A DNA stretch of 64,000 nt, taken from contig CBDBKM010000011.1 of the NCBI GenBank assembly GCA_965206695.1, forward strand, positions 320,001-384,000, written 5' to 3'. Positions within the stretch are counted from its first letter, which is position 1, and every line of letters begins with the position of its first letter. Of the stretch, positions 55,449-64,000 are shown piece by piece. The notes under the pieces were generated by a model. It was not told where the DNA came from. It ran no database searches and saw only the letters and a list, made by a program, of their open reading frames with translations. Source of the DNA: Chlamydiales bacterium (GTDB lineage Bacteria > Chlamydiota > Chlamydiia > Chlamydiales > JAAZZY01). A program made the translations under genes and the position numbers.

Positions 55449-57554
55449 TTAACTCTTAGTTGATTCCAGTTCACCCAGGAGATTCCGTATTATATCATTT
55501 AAAATATGAATCTCTTTTTCACACAGTTGATATTCTTTGACAATACTAGATAAATCTTGTTCTAAAGCCCCCGCCATCAAGTTATTTTCATTTAAATCCT
55601 CTTCTCGTAACTTATTCAACTCAATGTATCTTCCTTCTTCATTAAAAAGTTCTTGCTTCGCTTTATCAAGCATCTCCGATTTATCCTGAAATTGTTGTCG
55701 TAATTGTTTATATAGCGATTTTGTTTGATGAAGATTTTTCATCTCTTTAACAATATCCGGAGGAAGATTCTTTAGATTTTTTTGATTCATTTTTTCTTCC
55801 CCGTTTAACAGGCCTCTTACTTCAAATAGCCAATACTTATTCTGCTCAGGATCCGTCGTAACTATATCTTCTTTAGAAATAGTGTCTGTCTTTTGGCTTG
55901 CCTCAGCTTCCGGCTGTTTGATTAATGCTTTATGATCTTGTTTTAATTGAAAAAAATTAATCCGAGTATCATTTATATGTGCTCTTAAATTAGCGTGTTC
56001 AGTGAAGGCTTCATCAAGTTCTTTTTCAAGGTTCTCGATCTTTTCAGTGGCGATACTTTGCGATTGTTGTTGCAATAGTGTTAGGGATGCAAGTGCCTTT
56101 TCTTTGTCTTTTATAAGCTTCTGATGAGTGAATAATTCCTCTGTTTGACGCTGCAGCTGCATTTCTTTTTGCTTTAACTGCTTGGCCATTTTATCAATAT
56201 ATTCTTGCCACTCTTGCTCCTTAGCATTATGAGTGCTTCCTAAAATTTCATTTTGTTTTTCGAATTCTGTTAAACGATTTTTGTATTCTTCAAGCCGGGC
56301 TTGTGTCTGATTTATTATATTTATTTTTTTAGTGAGTTCAGCATTCTGATCATTCAGATTTTCTTCTCTTTGTTTGATAAGGTGATTTAAATGAGCTTTC
56401 TTGTCATGCCATTCAGAATGCGCGTCATTAAATTTTACTTCCAATTGTTTTAACGTATTAACTTTTTCTTCCAAAGAATGAGTACAACTATTTAACGAGT
56501 GAGTAAGATTTCCGATATTTTGATTTAACGATTGAATCGTTTCATCATTTTGAAGCAAGACTTGATCTTTATGTTTAACCTCTTGATCAGCTTCAGCCAA
56601 CTTGGCGTTTAATGATTCAATTTGAGTTCTTAAGCCTTCTGTAAAAAGTCCTCTTTCTAAGATTTCTTCTTTAAGAGTAGAAGCATGCTTTGATTTCTTA
56701 GATAAAGAACTTTTTAAGTCTTCAATATCTATACGGTATGACTCAATTTCTTTGATCTCAGTACCTCTTTTGTCTTTAACTTCTTTGAAAGCTTTTTGAA
56801 GCGTTGCAATTTCATTACTTTTACACCCAAGATGCTGTTTAAAGTCTTCTATTTCTTTTGTCAGGCAATTCACTCTCTCATCATTACTGATTTCAGAAAG
56901 GGCTTTTAAGCGCTGTATGCTTTCTTGAGACTCGGCTAATTCCACCTCCATTTGTGAAATTTTACGTGTTTTTTGAAACGCCTCTTCTAAAAGATCCTTT
57001 TTATTTTCCTGTAAATGCTGAGCTTCTTGCTGCAGAATATTTAATAGGGCATTCAAATTACTCAATTCATGAGCCTGCATAGTAGAAATATCCGTTTTTT
57101 GCTTTAAATCTAATTGCAATGAAGCGTGTTGTTTCTCCCATTCTTCCTGAGCCTTCTTAAATTTCTTATCCAACATAAGTAAATTTTCCATTCTACTTTG
57201 TGACTCTAACTCTAAGGAGTTGACTAATTCAGATGTTTCTTTAAATGAGAGGGCTGTAATAACAAGTCCTAATATGACTGTTAGTGCTATTCCTATTTGC
57301 CACAAGCGATCTTCCATAGAGAACGAACTATAAAAAAGCAAAAATAACACAACTAAAAAAGCTAATGTTCCAAAGAAACCCTTTAACCCCCATCGCCAGC
57401 AAAAGGGAATACCGAAAAAAACCACTACAACCAAGTACCAACTCTGAGAAGAACATTTAATCAGTGTAGTAAAAAGTGTGAGCAATAGAACGAAGGGCCC
57501 TAATGCACTCCAAAATTGCACTCTATTCTCTAATGATTTTTTTATTATTTCCAC
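55449..57554 (-). CDS. Membrane-anchored long coiled-coil protein
   Basis: About four N-terminal hydrophobic segments followed by ~600 aa of E/K/Q/L heptad-rich sequence. Confidence 0.75.
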   Translation of the reverse strand: MEIIKKSLENRVQFWSALGPFVLLLTLFTTLIKCSSQSWYLVVVVFFGIPFCWRWGLKGFFGTLAFLVVLFLLFYSSFSMEDRLWQIGIALTVILGLVITALSFKETSELVNSLELESQSRMENLLMLDKKFKKAQEEWEKQHASLQLDLKQKTDISTMQAHELSNLNALLNILQQEAQHLQENKKDLLEEAFQKTRKISQMEVELAESQESIQRLKALSEISNDERVNCLTKEIEDFKQHLGCKSNEIATLQKAFKEVKDKRGTEIKEIESYRIDIEDLKSSLSKKSKHASTLKEEILERGLFTEGLRTQIESLNAKLAEADQEVKHKDQVLLQNDETIQSLNQNIGNLTHSLNSCTHSLEEKVNTLKQLEVKFNDAHSEWHDKKAHLNHLIKQREENLNDQNAELTKKINIINQTQARLEEYKNRLTEFEKQNEILGSTHNAKEQEWQEYIDKMAKQLKQKEMQLQRQTEELFTHQKLIKDKEKALASLTLLQQQSQSIATEKIENLEKELDEAFTEHANLRAHINDTRINFFQLKQDHKALIKQPEAEASQKTDTISKEDIVTTDPEQNKYWLFEVRGLLNGEEKMNQKNLKNLPPDIVKEMKNLHQTKSLYKQLRQQFQDKSEMLDKAKQELFNEEGRYIELNKLREEDLNENNLMAGALEQDLSSIVKEYQLCEKEIHILNDIIRNLLGELESTKS

Positions 57555-57962
57555 AACACCCCACCGTTTATGAATATTTTTACTATTATTCGTGTAAAAT
57601 AACAGGCATTTACAAATTGCTCAATCTCTTAATATCAAGTTTTAATTGTTTTGTAAAAAAAGATTGATTTTGCCTCCTCACACAAGAGAAGAAGAGTCAA
57701 AAATATACTTTTACTTTAGATGTAAATTCTTTTTATAGAAGCATTCTCTTATTAAATAAACAAATAAATCCAATAAAGGATTCTTTGAAAAATTTTATAC
57801 TAATTATGGAAGTCATTTCCTATGATTTAATGTACCATGAACGATACAAGAATTGATATAATATCGCCATTTTGATATAATTGTTTAAAGATAAGGTTGT
57901 CTAATTCCTTCATTTACCTATAAATGTCTATATATATAAACTTTAACGGAGAAATTTTATAA

Positions 57963-58232
57963 ATGTCTTTAGATAAAAGTACTAAGGAAGAAATTACCAA
58001 AAAATTTCAACTACATGAAAAGGATACCGGTTCTGCCGACGTTCAGATTGCAATTTTAACAGAAAGAATAGCAGAAGTCACTGAACATCTTAAGTTAGCT
58101 CCTAAAGATCATAGTTCGCGTCTTGCACTACTTAAGCTAGTCGGACAACGTCGTAAATTGCTCGATTATTTAAATTCAACTGATACAAAAAGGTACCAAC
58201 ATTTAATTTCAAGGCTTAAGTTAAGAAAATAG
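57963..58232 (+). CDS. rpsO: 30S ribosomal protein S15
   Basis: [20 protein letters not shown] and RRKLLDYL motifs. Confidence 0.98.
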   Translation: MSLDKSTKEEITKKFQLHEKDTGSADVQIAILTERIAEVTEHLKLAPKDHSSRLALLKLVGQRRKLLDYLNSTDTKRYQHLISRLKLRK

Positions 58233-58313
58233 TAATTTTTTGAAAAATCAACTTACGTTCCTAACTCATAATTTTACAGTTTTACTTATCAATAAATTCC
58301 GGTCCTGTCATTA

Positions 58314-58456
58314 TAGGCCAGTATTTTAAAATACTGGCCTAATATTTTGGATAATGAATCAAAGTTACTTGATTATCCATGCCAAGACTTTTCCGGCTGT
58401 TATAAAAGACAGTGTATAGCTTTTGAGTTATTAAAAGCTATACACTGTCTTTTATA
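58314..58456 (+). promoter_or_regulatory. Two strong hairpins in the rpsO-pnp intergenic region
   Basis: Perfect 28-bp palindrome at 58314-58341 and a perfect 24-bp stem with an 8-nt loop at 58401-58456. Confidence 0.7.
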
Positions 58457-58509
58457 CAGTGCTAAGGTTTTTTTATTAAAAAATTATGACTATAAGGACA
58501 ATAACAATA

Positions 58510-60594
58510 ATGGATTTGCAAACGACCTCTGTCAATGTAGGTGGAAAAGACCTAATTTTTGAAACCGGTAAGATCGCTAAGCAAGCTAACGGTTCTGTTT
58601 ATATACGTATAGAAGACACTGTGCTTTTTGCTTCTGCTTGTGCTAAAGACGAAGCGAGTGCAGAAATAGATTTCTTCCCTCTACGTATTGATTATCAAGA
58701 AAAATTTTCTTCCGCAGGAAAAACTTTAAGTGGTTTTATCAAACGAGAAGGTAGACCGGCAGAAAGAGAGACTCTTCTTTGTCGACTTATTGATCGACCT
58801 CTAAGACCTTTATTTCCATCCGGATATTATAATGAAGTACAAGTAGTGGTAAGTGTATGGTCCTATGATGGCGTTAACGCTCCGGATCCACACGCTATTT
58901 GTGCTGCTTCAGCAGCTCTTTTAATTTCCGATATCCCTTTTACTAAGGCCGTCGGAGCTGTAAGAGTCAGTTTTATTGATGATAAATTTGTCATCAATGC
59001 TTCTGTTGAAGAACATGCTAAGTCTAAAATGGACCTTCTATTAGCAGGAACAGAAGATGCTATTCTAATGATTGAAGGTTATTGTGATTTCTTAACAGAA
59101 GACCAAGTTTTAGAAGCTATTGAAACAGGTCATAAATCAATACAAGTTATCTGTAGAGCATTAACAGAATGGCAGCAAAAGATTGGTAAGGAAAAGAAAA
59201 CCGATACCATTCAACCTATTCCCGATAAGTTAATGGAAGCCATTCAAGAGCATAGCCGGTCTCTCTTAAAAAATGTTATTGCCTTACCCGGAAAGTTCGA
59301 GCGTGAACAGGCTATTAAAACTATCAAAGAATCTCTTTTTGAACAACTCCTTTTAGGAGAAGAAGAATCGGAATTTTCAAAACGCGATGCTACATTGGCA
59401 TTTAAAAAATTCACTTCTCAAGTAATGAGAGAGATGATTCTAACTCAAAATGTAAGACCTGACGGTCGTAAACCTACTGATATTCGTAAGATATCTATCG
59501 AACAGTCGTTACTTCCCAGAACTCATGGTAGTTCTTTATTCACTAGAGGAGAGACTCAAGCTGTAGCAGTATGTACGATTGGCAGTTCCAGTATGGGACA
59601 GCGATATGAGACGATTAAAGAAGCTGACTTACAACGTTTCTATCTTCAATATTTCTTCCCCCCTTATTCGGTTGGAGAAGTTAATCGTATGGGTCCTCCT
59701 AACCGTCGTGAAGTTGGACATGGAAAACTTGCAGAAAGATCTTTATTACCAACCATCCCAACAGAAGAAGAATTTCCATATTCGATTCGATTAGAATCTA
59801 ATATTACCGAATCTAACGGATCTTCTTCAATGGCATCTGTCTGTGGTGGCTGTTTAGCTCTTATGGATTCAGGGGTTCCGGTTAAAACACCTATTTCAGG
59901 TATTGCAATGGGATTAATATTAGAAAAAGAAAATTTCACCGTTCTATCTGATATTAGCGGAACCGAAGATTCTTTAGGCGATATGGATTTTAAAATCGCC
60001 GGAAGTGGCGAGGGTATTACTGCTTTTCAAATGGACATCAAAGTAGAGGGTATAACCCATGATATTATGAAAAAAGCTCTTTATCAAGCTAAAGAAGGAA
60101 GAATCCATATTTTATCCAACATGATTGAAGTCTGTCCAACTCATAAAACAGAGTTATCTAAATACGCTCCACGTATGGTGACTATCCAAGTAAAAGCCGG
60201 TAAGATCGCGACTATTATCGGGCCCGGAGGAAAACAAATCCGAGCTATTATCGAACAAACAGGTGTTGAAATCGATATTAATGACGATGGTCTAGTGAGT
60301 ATTTCCGGTACTGATCCTGAAGGTGTAGAAAAAGCCACTCAGATCGTAAACGGATTAATTGCCGAAGCTAAGGTTGGTAAAAGCTATAGTAGTAAGGTCG
60401 TTTCAATCGTAGATTTTGGTATATTCATTGAAATCCTTCCCGGCAAGCAAGGGCTTTGCCATATATCAGAAATTGCTAATGAACGCGTTACGGATATCAG
60501 AGAATACTTCAAAGAAGGTGATACTATTGAAGTTAAAGTTATCGATATCAACGATCGCGGTCAGATTAAACTGAGCCATAAGGCTACTCTGTAA
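58510..60594 (+). CDS. pnp: Polyribonucleotide nucleotidyltransferase (PNPase)
   Basis: FFPL.IDY.E, RLIDRPLRP, HGSSLFTRGETQ, SNGSSSMAS, GDMDFK, KH and S1 domains. The start may be 58486 or 58510. Confidence 0.98.
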   Translation: MDLQTTSVNVGGKDLIFETGKIAKQANGSVYIRIEDTVLFASACAKDEASAEIDFFPLRIDYQEKFSSAGKTLSGFIKREGRPAERETLLCRLIDRPLRPLFPSGYYNEVQVVVSVWSYDGVNAPDPHAICAASAALLISDIPFTKAVGAVRVSFIDDKFVINASVEEHAKSKMDLLLAGTEDAILMIEGYCDFLTEDQVLEAIETGHKSIQVICRALTEWQQKIGKEKKTDTIQPIPDKLMEAIQEHSRSLLKNVIALPGKFEREQAIKTIKESLFEQLLLGEEESEFSKRDATLAFKKFTSQVMREMILTQNVRPDGRKPTDIRKISIEQSLLPRTHGSSLFTRGETQAVAVCTIGSSSMGQRYETIKEADLQRFYLQYFFPPYSVGEVNRMGPPNRREVGHGKLAERSLLPTIPTEEEFPYSIRLESNITESNGSSSMASVCGGCLALMDSGVPVKTPISGIAMGLILEKENFTVLSDISGTEDSLGDMDFKIAGSGEGITAFQMDIKVEGITHDIMKKALYQAKEGRIHILSNMIEVCPTHKTELSKYAPRMVTIQVKAGKIATIIGPGGKQIRAIIEQTGVEIDINDDGLVSISGTDPEGVEKATQIVNGLIAEAKVGKSYSSKVVSIVDFGIFIEILPGKQGLCHISEIANERVTDIREYFKEGDTIEVKVIDINDRGQIKLSHKATL

Positions 60595-60604
60595 TTCATT
60601 CAAT

Positions 60605-60643
60605 AAAAAGGCTTGAATCTTGCATTCGAGCCTTTTCCTTTTC
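60605..60643 (+). terminator. Intrinsic terminator after pnp
   Basis: AAAAGGCTTGAAT-CTTGC-ATTCGAGCCTTTT stem followed by a T-rich tract. Confidence 0.75.
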
Positions 60644-60885
60644 TCTTTAATCCACTAAATAGGATTAAGCAACATCTTTTCTGTAAACGCTAAGATCTTT
60701 TTCTCCTTATTGTTTTTGTTTATAAATTTTTCACCTTTTTCTATTCCAACCAACTCTCTTATTTTTATAAACACTTCTCGGTTTGTGTCAAGGCAAGCTA
60801 ACGCTCGTTAAACACTCGACCTCGACACAAACCAACAGGGTATTTAACAGCAAATAAGGGCCGGTTTTTGGAAAAACATTCATAT

Positions 60886-60915
60886 TAAGACCTCTGCATA
60901 ACTAATTTCTGATAA
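60886..60915. mobile_element. Solo end of the IS5-like MITE family
   Basis: TAAGACCTCTGCATAACT, as at 5884. Confidence 0.7.
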
Positions 60916-61352
60916 TGATTTTTAAAAAGTTTGGATTATCTATATTAAAAATTCTATAAATAATCCGGTTGTCTTTTAAGTTAAATAAATAATATATTTT
61001 ATCACTTTGATAGGTTCAAAAGCATTCTAAATGCATGGGTAAGATCCGGCATCAAATGAGAAAAACAACAGTATTCTTGGCTACTGTTCATATTCACTGT
61101 ATTGCTCGGGAACTATTTTATGGCGATACTACCTCGTGTTTACTCGCCCCGCTTATCTCTTTTATCTTTGGGACAATCCGGCCTCTTACATAAGAATCAA
61201 CTACTCTCGTATCTATATTAGATACTATTTGATATCGAAATATTGGATCATTAGGATAAGGTTAAGCAAACGGTATTCCGCTACGTTCATCGTAATCTAC
61301 GAAATCAGGACCTAATACATGGGTTTGAATGTATTACCATATCATCTCCTTT

Positions 61353-62843
61353 TTAAATTAAATGTTTAAATGCTTCGTGGGCTAATGAAGCCACTCGAAA
61401 GGCTTCTGCAGCAATATCACTATTTACTTTGTATTCGCCTCCGGCTTTCATTTTTGTTAACCAGTCATTAGTTACGCCATCAGAAACTGTATCGGGATGA
61501 AGCACCTTCATCAGTTTTCTATAAGCTGAGTTTTCTTCTCTCCTAGTTGGGTTAATAGAAGATAAATTGAAGATCTGTTTTATAAGTTTTACTCCATTAG
61601 AACAGGAGATGTTCGGATTTTTACCGTTATCTTTTAGGTGTTTAATCGCATTAAAACCATCCCTATCATCGCAATAAGCTATTTTAGAGATGCTGTTATT
61701 CAATCCAAATCCCATTAAATCTAAAATTCTCTTAGCTTCTGAAACCCACTTGGGAGTACCTGTTTCAAATCTTGATACTGTATTTGGATTGGTATTATCA
61801 TCACATACGCCTTTAGTCCTTTGTATAGTATCCATAGAAGAACTACCGCCATAGAAGTCCCTATTACCGTTAAATTTCTTAAAAAATTCATCAAAGTTAA
61901 GAGGATCATCGTTAAATTTCTTAAAAAATTCATCAAAGTTAAGAGAATCATCGTCAAATTTCTTAAACAATTCATCAAAGTTAAGAGGATCATCGTTAAA
62001 TTTCTTAAAAAATTCATCAGAGTTAAAAAAAAAATCACCGGTGCTCAAATCACAATCCCATGAGGGAATAGGATCTTCATAAAGATTATAAAAATGGCTA
62101 GAGGAGAGGTACTCATTTCGTAGGAGGCGCCACTTTAGACAATTAATATCTGTAGGTTTTATAGAGCAATGCCAAGTCCAACTCGTACCATCATTTCGAT
62201 CTGTTGGCTTGAAAATATTATCATCCATTGTATCATAGGCGTTTAGACAAGCGGACCGATTTGCTTCAAATTCATTGCCAGCCGTTTTCCAAGCCTTTTT
62301 GGCTTTAACTAATTTATCTTTAACAGTACTTAATAAATCAGTACAATTCCATTCACTCGAACACTTATTTTTAATATGTCTATATTGGCAGCTTGCTCTA
62401 CCGGCTTTTCTCTTTAACGATTCAAGATTATCGCTTAATGTTTTTTTGTTTCGGATATGGATTTCACAGGTTGTGTAGTCGCTATCAAATTGTTTTTTAA
62501 TATTTTTATTAATCTGATTATATGCATAATAAGTTGCGTATCCCATGACAGCTGTGCTTATTCCATAGATTCCTGTATTTAATAAATGATATGCTCGATC
62601 ACTGAAGTTTGTAGAACCGAAAATAGATTTAGCAAGGTTAGTACAACGTCCATAAATTCCACTATCATCACCTTCCCAAACCTTTTGTAAATATTGATAC
62701 CGTTCCGCTAGAGTATTGGTTCCAAAAAGTCCTTGTGTACCCGACTTAAGAGTGTTATACCCCATAATTGGGGTTAAAATAGCAGCGGCCCCCAACATAC
62801 TCTGATATCCGAGCTTTCTATAGAAATAATCTTTTGTTGACAT
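61353..62843 (-). CDS. Hypothetical protein with a C-terminal J-domain-like motif and internal repeats
   Basis: AYRKLMKVLHPD...AEAFR.A..AHE motif, N-terminal hydrophobic stretches and a Cys-rich middle. Confidence 0.7.
   Translation of the reverse strand: MSTKDYFYRKLGYQSMLGAAAILTPIMGYNTLKSGTQGLFGTNTLAERYQYLQKVWEGDDSGIYGRCTNLAKSIFGSTNFSDRAYHLLNTGIYGISTAVMGYATYYAYNQINKNIKKQFDSDYTTCEIHIRNKKTLSDNLESLKRKAGRASCQYRHIKNKCSSEWNCTDLLSTVKDKLVKAKKAWKTAGNEFEANRSACLNAYDTMDDNIFKPTDRNDGTSWTWHCSIKPTDINCLKWRLLRNEYLSSSHFYNLYEDPIPSWDCDLSTGDFFFNSDEFFKKFNDDPLNFDELFKKFDDDSLNFDEFFKKFNDDPLNFDEFFKKFNGNRDFYGGSSSMDTIQRTKGVCDDNTNPNTVSRFETGTPKWVSEAKRILDLMGFGLNNSISKIAYCDDRDGFNAIKHLKDNGKNPNISCSNGVKLIKQIFNLSSINPTRREENSAYRKLMKVLHPDTVSDGVTNDWLTKMKAGGEYKVNSDIAAEAFRVASLAHEAFKHLI
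61869..62025 (-). repeat. 42-bp in-frame tandem repeat, ~3.5 copies (DEFFKKFNDDPLNF)
   Basis: Directly visible repeat unit gttaaatttcttaaaaaattcatcaaagttaagaggatcatc. Confidence 0.93.
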
Positions 62844-63152
62844 TATAAAATCCGGTTAAATCTAGTTCATAATTAATAAATAACATAACTCAACAGGTGA
62901 ATATATTACAAGTGAGTTTATTACAATATAAAACAGTTTTTTTGATTTTTTTATCATTAAAATAGCGCATTAAAAATCCTTTTTAGCCTGCATTATTACA
63001 AGAAAAATATAGTTTCTAAAAACTAAAGATTAGGATTTTTATTTAATAGATATGCGTTTTATTATAAACTATTTATGCAGGCATTTAAATGCTGCGTATT
63101 GCAAAATACTAATTTACAACAATTTAAAAAACCAGCACTTTAAAATATAATA

Positions 63153-63181
63153 TTGACAAAAAATAAAGAATTTGCTATAAT
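63153..63181 (+). promoter_or_regulatory. Consensus sigma66/70 promoter
   Basis: TTGACA-17 nt-TATAAT with an extended -10 TG. Confidence 0.75.
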
Positions 63182-63237
63182 TAATGTTGAAATTATAATA
63201 TGTAACTATAACTAATACTATTTCTTAAGGTAAGATA

Positions 63238-63510
63238 ATGTCATCTAAATTAACAACGTCGAATCCTGATCTTACTTATCGTATTCCTCGTTATAATAAT
63301 ACGGTAGTAGATAATCGTAAAAATGGTCCAACCGGTGCCGGGAGATCCGATAATCCCATGATTGAAAATAAGGCTGAAAACAATAGTGAACCGAAAAAGA
63401 ATATCGATTATCCGGAAATTAGACAAAACTTAACTAGAGGAAGCGCCCGTACAAGAAGAGCCGGCTCAAGAATTGGTCCTCGTTATGACGCCGGCACCCA
63501 AAGAGCCTAA
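63238..63510 (+). CDS. Small hydrophilic hypothetical protein
   Basis: ORF with an AAGG RBS downstream of a consensus promoter. Confidence 0.55.
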   Translation: MSSKLTTSNPDLTYRIPRYNNTVVDNRKNGPTGAGRSDNPMIENKAENNSEPKKNIDYPEIRQNLTRGSARTRRAGSRIGPRYDAGTQRA

Positions 63511-63603
63511 GCCTTCACTCAAAATCAATAAATAACATCATCGGATAAGCAGCTTAATTTGTATCAATTAAGCTAGTATGCGCTTATCTCAATCATAAAT
63601 AGA

Positions 63604-64000
63604 TTATTCCGGTGTAACCACTGCTAAGTTTTTACCTATCGGGAAAGGTGGTGGTGGTGGTTGAGAAGGATCTTGCTTCTGCATCTCTTCTTCTGATTTA
63701 AGCTTACCCTTCTTCTCTTCAGTATCCCAAGTATCATTTAGAATCTTTTTAACATCCTCAGCATCTAACGACTCAAATTCTATCAGCATTTCAGACATTA
63801 AATGGACCTGTTTTTCGTGAGCTTTAATGATTGCAGTCGCGTTACGATGTGCTTCATCTAGAAGTTTACGCACTTCTTCATCGATCGTTTGAGCTGTAGC
63901 TTCAGAATATTTCTTATCAGAACCACTCATGCCATACATGGCACCTTGCCCTGATTGATCATCATAAGTAACTGTTCCAAGAAGTTCATTCATCCCCCAT
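63604..64000 (-). CDS. ftsH: ATP-dependent zinc metalloprotease FtsH, C-terminal part (partial)
   Basis: GM.E.LG.V.Y, YSE.TA..ID.EV..LL and L.EFESLD peptidase M41 tail. Confidence 0.88.
   Translation of the reverse strand, partial: WGMNELLGTVTYDDQSGQGAMYGMSGSDKKYSEATAQTIDEEVRKLLDEAHRNATAIIKAHEKQVHLMSEMLIEFESLDAEDVKKILNDTWDTEEKKGKLKSEEEMQKQDPSQPPPPPFPIGKNLAVVTPE

Noticed and set aside
60950..61340. Possible decayed gene after the MITE end
   Set aside because: No family could be recognised.
61869..62025. Possible CRISPR array
   Set aside because: Head-to-tail in-frame coding repeats with no spacers, and no cas genes in the window.
61721..62063. Alternative-frame repetitive ORFs
   Set aside because: Shadows of the tandem repeat inside the 496-aa gene.

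Overview
Low-GC (roughly one third by eye) chromosomal segment, most likely from an environmental or endosymbiotic member of the Chlamydiota. This assignment is inferred from the Pkn1 kinase-FGE fusion, DUF1207-like protein, SEC-C-type MetAP, and hit-MYG1 and rpsO-pnp arrangements. Housekeeping genes (pheS, ligA, mtaB, ispH, map, rpsO, pnp, ftsH, tRNA-Ser, tRNA-Leu) are interspersed with a heavy load of IS elements (IS630, IS30, IS200/IS605, IS701, IS982, IS1634, IS5-like, IS256), MITEs and pseudogenes. Next to tRNA-Ser sits an apparently intact HpaII-like (CCGG) restriction-modification locus with a vsr gene. The most striking signal is that CCGG is strongly over-represented instead of avoided. 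In the genes counted by hand, the remaining CTGG/CCAG sites occur only where conversion would be non-synonymous, and conserved Trp, Arg and Leu codons in IS genes have become CCGG-containing codons. This suggests an RM/Vsr-driven mutational drive that creates its own recognition sites. Other notable items are protein-less TnpB-type guide-RNA units (one with its own promoter), a candidate oriC adjoining an IS605 insertion, a secreted Ni-SOD and a J-domain repeat protein.
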